Shown here piece after piece: positions 37,593 to 48,370 of a DNA stretch of 64,000 bases. The stretch comes from Azolla caroliniana. Lineage: Eukaryota; Plantae; Polypodiophyta. The position numbers were made by a program, and so were the translations under genes. Within the stretch, counting starts at the first letter, position 1; each line of letters begins with the position of its first letter. The notes under the pieces are model-generated. The model made no database searches and was not told the origin of the DNA. It saw only the letters and a program-made list of their open reading frames with translations. Where the stretch lies: the NCBI GenBank assembly GCA_043228905.1, contig JBHGNT010000011.1, positions 14,446,001 through 14,510,000 of the forward strand, read 5' to 3'.

Positions 37593-40500
37593 TGTTGGGG
37601 ACAAGGTCGTCAATGCGGAAGATCAAGGAGCATTCGATTGCTGTTGAATACCTGCGTATGACAGTTTCTAGGTCGTTGCACAGAGAGAGAGAGAGAGAGA
37701 GACACAAAAGACTCTTTATTCATAAAGCAAGAATACAACATCCAACCTTACAACAAGGTTACAAGGTCACTATATATAGTGACCGACTTAGGGCAACTAC
37801 CCTTTATGCTAATTACGTAAATGGCCAAAACGGGATAGTGTGAATACGTCCATTATACACATGTATTCGACACTCCCCCGTAATGGGCGTATACATGGGT
37901 TATCTTAGATTACAGGTATAGACTTAGGTTCTCGGACATATCAGCTTTGTTCGAGTCGGCAGGGTCCGAAGGCAGAAGACCGAACTGGTCGGGTCGGAAC
38001 AGTTGAAGCCGATCATTAAGCAACTGATGTCGGTTGTCGGGAACCATCCTGCTCTGTGTCCGGCTCTAACCGGACTGGTTTGTCGTTACGCCCATCTGAT
38101 GCCGAAGAGACCGAAAACGGTCTGCCGAAAGACACTTGGTCATTCCATCTGCGACATTGTCGGTTGTGGATATTTTCTCTAGACCGATTTTCCCTGAAAT
38201 GACGCAGTCCCGAACGAAGTGATATCGAACGTCGATATGTTTGGAGGCGTTGTGGTGAACCGGATTTTTCGACAAGGCAACAGCACCTTGACTGTCGCTG
38301 TAGACAACTGGAGCTGAGTCATGGTCGACTTGTCGAAACGTGTGTGCCAGCCGACCGAGCCACAAAGCTTCTTTTGCTGCGTCGGACGCAGCTACATATT
38401 CTGCTTCGGTCGTTGAGGTCGTTGTGCACTCCTGAAGTTTCGACTTCCACGAGATTGTTCCATTGCCGAATTTGAAGCAGTATCCGGTTGTTGATTTCCG
38501 ACTGTCTATACAGCCGGCGAAATCCGAGTCGGTCTAACCGACTACGCCTGAGGTTCGGTTCGGACCGAAAAGAATGCCGTGGTCTTTTGTGCCAGCCAGA
38601 TATCTGAACACATGCTTGACTGCGTTCCAATGCGATCGGCCAGGATTGTGCATAAATCTGCTAACGACTCCTACGGCGTGAGAAATATCAGGCCGTGTCG
38701 CGACCATCAGGTACATAAGGGAGCCGACTGCCGGTGCATACGGTACCGACTTCATATCTTCCCCCTCCGAACCGGATGTCGGGCAGTCTCGCTGAGAGAG
38801 CCGAAGATTCATGGGGAGCGGGGTTGAAGCAGATTTGGCTGATTGCATGTTGAAGCGTTCCAAGACACGTCCGATATAGTCGGTCTGAGACAAAAAAAGA
38901 TGTCGTTTATCGCGATGCCGACTAATCTTCATGCCAAGGATGTGTCGTGCCGGACCGAGGTCCTTCATGGCAAACTTCAACCGCAGTTGCCGAACGAGAT
39001 CGGCAAGTTCGCCCGCGTGGCGTCCAGAAATTAGCATGTCGTCCACGTAAATGATGAGGAAGATGGGTGATCCATCTTGAGCTGTGTTGGTGAAGAGACA
39101 ATGGTCCTCATCGCTTTTGGAGAAGCCGATCGATTGGATGAAGTCGTCGAACTTCTTGTACCATTGTCGTGGTGCCTGTTTGAGGCCGTATAGACTCTTC
39201 CTGAGTCGGCAGACTAGATGTTCTTGGCCAGTTGCCACGAAGCCTTTTGGCTGCTCCATATAAATTTCCTCTTCAAGATCACCATGGAGGAAGGCTGTTT
39301 TGACATCTAGCTGAATCAGCTCCAAGTTGTCGGCTGCCACTACGCCGAGTAGGAAACGAAGGGTTGTCATTTTCACCACTGGTGAAAAAATCTCGTCGAA
39401 GTCGACGCCATATTCTTGTCGGAAGCCCTTCGCAACTAATCTGGCCTTGTACTTTGGGGTGGTCGAATCAGACGTCTCTTTTAGTCGATAAACCCACTTG
39501 CAAGGAAGAGCACGTCGGTTCCTAGGTAATTCGACCAGATCCCAAGTCTTGTTCGCCCGAATGGAGTGCATTTCCGACTCCATCGCCAGATGCCAGGTGG
39601 CGGAATCGACAGATGTCGATGCTTCTTCGTAAGACGTCGGTTCGCCGGCGTCGGTGAAGAAAATTCCAGGAGAATACCTCTCCGGAGGTTGCGACAGTCT
39701 CTCGGATCGTCGAGGTATGATTGGACTGGTCGCATCGGGTATCGAGGTCAGATGGTCCGAAAGCGGATTGTTCTGTTGTGCCGAGTCGGAGTTGTCCGAG
39801 TCGGTAGTGTAAGGTTCAGCTACCCGTGAAGCTGACCGTGTGTTGAGAGCGGGGCCTTCTTGAAGGGTCGGCACATCGGAAAATGTTACCCTTCGGACTT
39901 CGATTGGTTTTTCGACTGATGGAGTCATAGCCGACTCGTTGAACACAACGTCCGAACTTCGGACGATTTGTCTGCGTTCGGGATCCCAGAGTCGGTATCC
40001 CATTTCGCCGTCGGATCCATATCCGAGGAAAATGCATTTCCTGGACCGAGGTGCAAGTTTTCGGCGATCATCTTTCGGAATAAGGGCGTACGCCTCGCAT
40101 CCGAAGATCCTCAGCTTGTCGTAATTCGGCTTACTGCCGATCCATAGTTCTTGAGGAATTTGAAGTCCTAGAGGTCTACTTGGCGACATATTGATTATGT
40201 GTACTGCCGTGAGTAGAGCCTCTGCCCAGAAGCCATCCGACAGTCCGGAGTGTTGGAGCATGGAAACTATCCTTTCTTGGATTGTCCGATTCATTCGTTC
40301 GGCAATCCCGTTTTGCTCCGGACTGTGTGGTGCCGTAAATTCACGTCGGATGCCGCGTTGTCGGCAGAATTTGACGAATTCATCGGATTTGAACTCTCCC
40401 CCATTGTCTGTCCGAAAGCATTTCAGCTTTCGGTCGGTTTGATTTTCTACCATAGCGAGCCAATCGGAGAAGATCGAGAAGACACGATCTTTGGTGCGAA

Positions 40501-43033
40501 TTGGATAAGCCCACACCTTTCGAGTCGAATCGTCAATAAAACTGACGAAGTAAGAGGCACCGCCTAGAGACTGATGCGGCATTGGGCCACAGACGTCCGA
40601 ATGGACTAAATCGAGAGGTCTCGTTTCTCTTGGTGCTGATGTCGGGTGTGATGCGGCTGCTTGTTTGCCATACTGACAATGCTCGCAGAATTGATGGTCG
40701 GAGAAGGAGAGTTTGGGGATGTATCCGGCTCTAGATAGATGCGTAATGCCGGCCTTGCTGAGGTGTCCTAATCTGCGGTGCCATAGTGATGACACAGGAA
40801 TGTCCACCAAAAACAGGTTACCCTCTCTGAGCGTAACATGTAACGGATACAGTGAGTGTATCTTGGGTCCTCTAGCAAGCAGGAGGTTCCCCCTGTGGAG
40901 TGTCCACCCTCCCGAAGAAAAACCGGCACGAATGCCGTCTTCATCTAGTTGTCCGACTGAGATCAATGGCCTTGAGAGCTCGGGTACATGTCGGACATTG
41001 TGAAGTACAAGTGTAGAGCCACCTGCAAGGTTGAGCTCTACTGTGCCGATTCCGATGATGTCACAGTGTTGTGAGTTGCCGACTCGAACTGAGTCGGAGT
41101 GACGGATCGTATATTGCCGAAATTGGGATCGATGAGGAGTCACGTGAAATGACGCACCCGAATCCAAGAGCCATGTGCTCGATTCTTCAGTCGTGAGCAG
41201 AACTTCTGATCCGACTGGATTTTCGATTGATAGTATATTCGGGTCGTCCGGTAGTACATCAGCCGAGAAGCTGACGTAATTGATCTCCTCATGCCGGCCA
41301 CTCTTCTTGTTGTTCTTGTTCTTGAGTGCGCGGCAGTCGGCTTTGATGTGTCCGGGTTTCTTGCAATAGTTGCAGATTCGGTTATCCCGTGACTGGCTCC
41401 GTCTTCGCTGATTGTTCGGCGGCCGTGAGGAATCTCTTCCTCGTATGTTCGATCGATCTGTCGAACCTTGTACTACATAAGCGTCGTCTGTTGAGTCTTT
41501 GGCGAAAGACTTTCTCCGAGCTGGTTCGGTCAGGATTGCGCTCGTGACTTCGGAGTATTTAACAGCCGTGGTTGACGCGTTGCACACGGTTGTGACGAAA
41601 GTTTCCCATGATGAGGGAAGGCTGCTCATGAGTATCATTGCTCTGAGTTCATCCTCGATTGCCATCCCCTGTGACGAGATTTGGGAGCTTATGCTTTCGT
41701 ACTCATTGAGGTGTGCTTGAACCGAATCGGATTCATTCATCCGCAAGTTGTAGAGGCGCCGGATCAGAAACATCTTCGTTGCGGCGACCTTCTTTTCGTA
41801 AGTGTCCGACAGTGTTTTCCACAGTTCGAATGCTGTCGTACACGATTGCACCGTAAAATATACCGTTTCCGATAGGTGCATCCGAATCGTGGCGCGGACG
41901 ATTCTGTCCAGCTTCTGCCACTCAATTGGTTTGTATCCTTCTGGAGGTTCTTCATTTTCGATGGGATCGATTTGTCCCTTGACTATGAGATAGTCCTGCA
42001 TTTGCTCTTTCCAGAAGTTGAAGTTCGATCCATCGAACTTTCGTAGACTCATTTCTGACGAGCCGGATGTTGATGCCATCAAATTCGGTTTCGGTTGACG
42101 AAGCTCGGTTCGGAGTTGACTACGAACCTTGTTGGAGTGCAGCCGGTTGGCTCACCCGATATCGTTCTAGTCGGATTTGAACCCGAGTCGGTTCGGCTTC
42201 GGAACTTGCTCGAGTTGACTCCGGTAGCTTGAGGGACAGAACCGACTGGTCTTCCCGAATGTTGCCGAGTCGGAGTGAGCCCGGTTCGCTTCGGATATAT
42301 ATGCCGAATACCGATTATTGAAACCGATTATCTGGACCGATTCTGCTTCGGTTGACTGCAGCGACGAGAGAGACGGATCCAACTGATCCTCTCGAATGTC
42401 GATCAGCCAGATGAAGCACGAATTTGGGGTTGTTGTCTTGAGACCGATCTGCACCGAGTGGTTACAACGAGCGGCGAGCAGCGTTTAATGACCTTTTCGG
42501 ATGCCGTTTAACCGAATGGAGCACGATCGTGTCAATGATGCACAAGGAGATTTCACCTCGAGCGGTTACGATCCCAAGGAACAGAGTACAACCTGATGGC
42601 TTACTCCAAGCAAGAGGATCTAACGCGATGAGGTGCAAACCTCGTTTTTGTTCTTCTTCTCTCTTTCTTCGAATGACGCGAGGAAACCGAATGCTGAGAC
42701 GACGGCCGACAGCGGATTGAAGGACCGACTACTGTGCAGGCTCTGATACCAGATGTTGGGGACAAGGTCGTCAATGCGGAAGATCAAGGAGCATTCGATT
42801 GCTGTTGAATACCTGCGTATGACAGTTTCTAGGTCGTTGCACAGAGAGAGAGAGAGAGAGAGACACAAAAGACTCTTTATTCATAAAGCAAGAATACAAC
42901 ATCCAACCTTACAACAAGGTTACAAGGTCACTATATATAGTGACCGACTTAGGGCAACTACCCTTTATGCTAATTACGTAAATGGCCAAAACGGGATAGT
43001 GTGAATACGTCCATTATACACATGTATTCGACA
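37593..43033 (-). mobile_element. Copia family B element, second copy
   Basis: LTRs 37593-37872 and 42754-43033 (280 bp, no difference seen); TSD CCCTT; Met PBS 42740-42751; PPT 37873-37880. Confidence 0.97.
38066..42082 (-). pseudogene. Family B Gag-Pol with one premature stop at the start of RNase H
   Basis: 1182-aa ORF nearly identical to 20227..24243; TAC to TAG at 38534-38536. Confidence 0.93.
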
Positions 43034-46000
43034 CCCTTCGTCGGTCATGAAGGAGTCGAACTTCCGGTACCATTGCCGGGGAGCCTGCTTCAGTCCATAA
43101 AGGCTCTTCTTCAACCGGCATACCAGGTGCTCCTTCCCTTTCTTCTCGAATCCTTCCGGTTGCTGCATGTAGATCTCTTCATCGAGGTCACCGTGAAGAA
43201 ATGCCGTCTTCACGTCCATCTGTTCTACCTCGAGGTCCATGCTTGCCGCTATGCTCAGCACCGTCCGGATGGAGGTCATCTTCACTACCGGGGCAAATAT
43301 CTCGTCGAAGTCGACGCCCTTCTTCTGCTGAAACCCCTTCACCACGATCCTGGCTTTGTATCTCGGGGGGTTTCCGGCATCTCCCGGTTTCAGCTTGAAC
43401 ACCCACTTGTTTCGAAGTGCCCGCTTTCCTTTCGGCAACTCCACAAGTTCATATGTGTGGTTCTCATGCAGGGAATCCATCTCGTCCTGCATGGCACTCA
43501 ACCACCTACGGCTCTGGGTGTCATGTTTTGCTTCTTCAAAGCTCTCCGGCTCCCCCTCGTCGGTTAGCAGCACGTGCTCTGGTTCCGGAAATCTCCGGGG
43601 GGGCCTTCTCTCTCTTAGAGGATATCTCCGTTCCGGAGCTTCGGTAACTGGTTCTTCCGATTCTTCTTCATCCGAATCCATTTCGGGATCGGGGCCAGTT
43701 CCGGTATCATTTTCATCTTCTTCGGCCGGTTCTGTTTCTACACCGTCTTCGGCCGGATCCTCGAGTGCTAACCGGTCCCTTGCCGGTCGGGACTGCTCCT
43801 CGTAGAGTTGATCCTCACCGGTCGACTTGGAGCTCTTCATCTTCTTCTCCGATTCCCAGTCGGCGAGTGTCTTGTTCTCCATGAAGATGATGTCTCGACT
43901 CCTGAATATCTTCTTGTCGACCGGGTCCCATACTCGGTAGCCGAACTCGTCGTCGCCGTAACCGAGGAATATGCATGGCCGGGTCTTTGGATCTAGCTTT
44001 CCTCTCCGGTCCTTTGCCACATGCACGTATGCGAGACACCCGAACACCTTCAGATGCCGGTAGGACACTTCCTTACCGGTCCACACTTTCTGCGGCGTGT
44101 CTCCGTCCAAAGGTACTGAGGGTGATCTGTTTATCACGTATGTCGCCGTCGACATTGCCTCAGCCCAAAACCCCTTGGGTAATTTCGCATGCGCCAGCAT
44201 ACTCCGGACCCTCTCCATTATGGTCCGGTTCATCCTCTCGGCCAGCCCGTTTAGTTCCGGCGTCTTCGGCACAGTAAACTCGAGCCGGATTCCCTTCGAG
44301 CGACAGTACTCCTGGAACTGCCCCCGGTATTCCCCTCCGTTATCCGCTCGTATCGCTTTCAGCTTCTTGCCGGATTCCCTTTCCACTCTCGCGTGGAGTT
44401 CTTTGAAGACGCACAACACTTGGTCCTTTATCTTCAGCGGTGCCGTCCACAGCTTTCGGCTGTGATCATCAATGAATGTTACGAAGTACTGGGCTCCGCC
44501 ATGTGACTTCGTTTCTACCTGACACACATCAGTGTGCACCAACTCCAATGGTGCGCTACGTCTCGTCGGTGGCCTTGAGTGGAAGGAGGTTCGGTTCTGC
44601 TTACCGGCCAGGCAATCGGTGCACTTCTCCAGGTGCACATGCTTCACTGGAATAAGGTTGTCTTCTGCAAGCCTCTTCATCCCCTTCTCACTCATGTGAC
44701 ACAGTCTTTTGTGCCACAGCTCACCGGCAGTGTCGGCTGCCACATTCAGCTCTTCAGGACATAACCGGGCATTCATCAGGTACAGTGTGTTGTCTTTCCG
44801 GGCCCGAGCCACTATCAGGCTCCCCTTGCTGAACTTCATTACGCCGTTTCGGATGCTACCTGTGTAGCCTTCATCGTCTAGCCTCCCGGCCGAAATCAGG
44901 TTCAATCGAACCTCCGGAACGTGTCGGACATCCTTCAGCAGCATTTTGCATCCGGTCGGGGTTGTCAACCACACGTCTCCTATGCCGGCAATCCGGCACG
45001 TACCTTCATTTCCCATCCGAACACAGCCATGCTCACCGGTTGTGTAGGATGAGAAGTATCTTCTCTCCGGGGTCAGGTGGAACGATGCTCCTGAATCGAC
45101 CACCTAGGTCGTCTCATCGCCGGCAATGTTTAGTTCACCTTCTTCGGTGATGAGCATGATTTCTTCCTCACTTGCCGCGAGTGCCGTTGTTCCTTTCCGG
45201 TCCTGCCCTCGCCGATCCGAACCTCTCCGGTCCGTGGCTCCCCGGTATGCACCGTTTCTTTCCGGTGACTTCTTCGAATCGGTGTCGTCGGCTCCGTTGT
45301 CTTTTCGGTAATGCCGACAATTCTTTCGGAAGTGCCCCGGCTTCCCACAGTGGAAGCATGTGGGCCTTCCTCTTGACTGCGACCGGGTCCCCGACTTTTC
45401 CCGTCTTTGCGGACTCCGGTTCCATTGTCTTCCCCGATCCGATTCGGTAAGCAGCGCCTTCGTGTCGGAGGCCGGTTCTTTATCTCTCCGACGCGCTTCT
45501 TCGTTCAAAATACTTGTCTTTACCGTTTGTAAGGACAAGTTATCTTCGGTGCAGGAGGTGCTGAGAGTCACCACCAAGTTCTCCCAGCTTTCCGGCAATG
45601 TACACATCAGGATGATGGCTTGCATTGCATCCTCCAACGGGAACTTGATCGCCGCAAGCTGATTCACGAATCCCATGAACGTGGTTACGTGTTCCACCAT
45701 ACTCTCGCCGTCCCGGTACTTGAGATTCACTATCTTCCTCATCAGGGAGGTCCGGTTCAACGCATTCTTCCTCTCATAGAGGCCCGACAGCTTCCGCCAC
45801 ATCTCATATGCGTTGGTGTCGTTCGCCACATGTTGTAGAACGCTCACGTCGACGTATTGCCGAATGGTTGCAACGGCTTTCCGGTTCAGAAGCCTCCATT
45901 CCGACTCAAGTACCCCCTTCGGTATTTCCGACCTGTCAATCGGTTCGTACAGGTCCCGAACAATCAGAAGATCCTCCATCTTGATCTTCCAGTCGGCGTA

Positions 46001-46953
46001 ATTCTGCGCATTCAGCACCATCATCCCCGGCTGCCCGCTGCCGCCGCCTTCCATTTTCTGCAGCAGCTCGCTCTGATACCAGTTTGTTGGGAATCGACGC
46101 TTCGATTCACCTTCTTCACTCGGCCACAACCAAGTAATCTTCGAATCAATGCAGCAGAAAATAGGAACCACAGAGAGAAACACACGAATACACAGGGATT
46201 AACGTGGAAAACCCTAGATGGGAAAAACCACGGGAGTACAAGACTCCAAACCAACACTATACAAAGAGAAGTATACAATGGCGAGCTGCAAGGCGACGAC
46301 CTTGAGCTCGCTGTCCTCGCCACAGGCGGCGGAAATATACAGAGGCGTCGTCCTCTTCCTCTCTCTCACGCTCTATCTCTCTCTCTCTCTCTCTCTCTCA
46401 CGGCTGCTCCCTCTTCACTCCTCTTGAGTGGAAAAACAGAAAAATGATCAGCAGCACTAAAACAGTTTGCCCTAAGTCATATTTATACATATATGACTTT
46501 GGGGCTATTTACAACTGTAGCCTCAGGGGCCCATAGCAAACATATTCACGGATATGTCCCTGCATCCGGATCGCTCTCCGGGTACATTCGTCATCCGGCT
46601 CCGAAGCCGGGGTCTTCATCATCCGGTTCCGAAACCGAAACCGGGCTCGTCGGCATTCATCTCCGACATCCGACCATCCCATCCGAAGGGACTATAATCC
46701 CGACAAATTCCACATGGTCATAAATTGAATGTCAAGGATATTAGCCACTTCCTCCGAAAAAGCAGCATATAAAATATGATGGAGTTCCGATCGATATGGT
46801 CTTGAACCCTGCACCTGCACAACCAAGGAAAATGCCTCCAACCTATGTACCTCACTTACCGCTGTGAGTTTATCCTCCTCTGACAACACGAGGTCGATTG
46901 TCTCATCACATAGATGAGGCAATGATTGGGGGGGTGCATTGGACTCCCCTGCT

Positions 46954-47625
46954 TGTTACGGGCATGACCATATAATATCCCGTGGTGAGAATTTGCCGTA
47001 GTATTCTATACGTGTGGATAAGTGTGAGGGTTAAATGAGAGTGTAAAGAAGGGGAGGATTACTTTTAATTCTCGGGATTGAGACAACCCATTAGGCCAAG
47101 TGTGAACTTGCCTGGGGGCCTTGGGTATCACTATAAATAAGAGGCCTAGCTACCCTCATTAGATCATATCTCTAATATCTTTTGACTACGTCGAGACTTT
47201 GTTTCGCCAGCACCAGGTACGACTCGATGCCACGGTGGTGGTATGGGACGTCGATCGAGGCTCGAGTCCATCTCGATCCCTTCGCTCGTGGGTGGTCGGG
47301 TGGATCGGCGCCCTTCTTTCTCTCTCTCCTTTCTATCTATCTATCTATCATTCTTTTCTCCTTATCATACGCTTACATTAAATCATAGCTCTGATACCAA
47401 CTATTAGAGATATGATCTAATGAGGGTAGCTAGGCCTCTTATTTATAGCGATACCCAAGGCCCCCAAGCAAGTTCACACTTGGCCTAATGGGTTGTCTCA
47501 ATCCCGAGGATTAAAAGTATTCCTCCCCTTCTTTACACTCTCGTTTAACCTTCACACTTATACATGTGTATAGAATACTACGGTAAATTCTCACCACGGG
47601 ATATTATATGGTCATGCCCGTAACA
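46954..47625. mobile_element. 672-bp non-coding element with 224-bp inverted LTR-like arms and a Met PBS
   Basis: Arms 46954-47177 and 47402-47625 (~11 mismatches); TG..CA outer ends; TSD CTGCT/TTGCT; minus-strand TGGTATCAGAGC at 47388-47399. Confidence 0.88.
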
Positions 47626-48324
47626 TTGCTCGTATGTACAGTCCAGCCGCAGATGACGTATGTGGTTGTTCTATAGCCGACCTCTTGTTCGTTTGATATG
47701 TACCTGACACGGTTGTTGCATTGTTCGCGCCTCCCGCGACTTGTTTTGTAGTTGTCGATGCCTTCTGGATTTTACAATATTATGTTCAAACTGTCCACTT
47801 TATAGATTGAAAATGCTAGACTAAGAAATAATTTCCCTTTATATAGTAGGATTTACAAGATTTTTGTTACCCATTCCTTTGGGTGAACACCTTCGATAGA
47901 TCTGCGGCTATCGGTATTCAAGGGCGTGGTACGTGAAGGCTCGTAACAGAGGCGTCGAGAGAGAGACAGGGCTCAGAGAGAAAACACTAGCGAGGTCTTG
48001 ATAGGCGTGGGCGGCGTTGAAATCATAGGTATGAATCAAAGCACAGACACATGGAGCAAAATGGGCACAAATCAGATATATTATTGCGACAGAAAAAGAT
48101 TACAGAACACGGCCTACGGCCGGTGACCTTACCAGATTATCTAGTTACGAGAGACTAAGCTAGTGCTTCCGCCTATATTTTTCTTCTCTCCCTCCTCTGA
48201 GGTACTGGTCCTCATTTAAATAACTTTTCCCCTAATACACAGCTGAGCCGTCGGTGGCCCATGATACTCGGACTCAGCGTTTGCTAATTTCCTAATTTTA
48301 CATTTCTGTCCTCCGAACAACACC

Positions 48325-48370
48325 TGGCACGCCCGTGGGACAGGACCTTGTCCGTCGGACCCACGACTTA
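48325..48370 (-). other. tRNA-Arg 3'-half-like sequence at the PPT position
   Basis: Minus strand AAGTCGTGGGTCCGA-CGGACAAGGTCCT-GTCCCACGGGCGTGCCA, ending 2 nt before the 3' LTR. Confidence 0.8.

Larger units (their letters stand above)
36535..46054 (-). pseudogene. gag-pol of third family A element; one stop (45104) and RT split by a nested family B element
   Basis: ORFs 45104..46183, 42974..45103 and 36535..37707; RT rejoins as MTDEG/YLKTQSDHC across TSD CCCTT. Confidence 0.93.
35904..46705 (-). mobile_element. Copia family A-related element, third copy
   Basis: LTRs 35904-36524 and 46085-46705 (621 bp, two differences seen); TSD AATTC; Met PBS 46070-46081; PPT 36525-36534. Confidence 0.97.
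7795..47770 (-). mobile_element. One degenerate LINE (~5.5 kb net) fragmented by nested insertions
   Basis: Collinear pieces: ORF1 ~47770-47631, 46953-46711, 35903-35677, 28703-~27900 (CCHC-like CFVCYQFCHLGRDC ~28500-28545); ORF2 from 27867 (IISWNVRGLG) through endonuclease and RT (WRSISLLNVIYKILAK, FLDFEKAYDRV) to 24726, then 19277-18845 and 8674-7817 (zf-RVT-like, LWIIWKVRC); pieces rejoin across TSDs. Confidence 0.8.

Noticed and set aside
38534-38536. Programmed stop readthrough before RNase H
   Set aside because: The sister copy has TAC at this codon, so it is a point mutation
47178-47401. Spacer length equal to arm length (224 bp each)
   Set aside because: No sequence similarity between spacer and arms; treated as coincidence unless conserved in other copies
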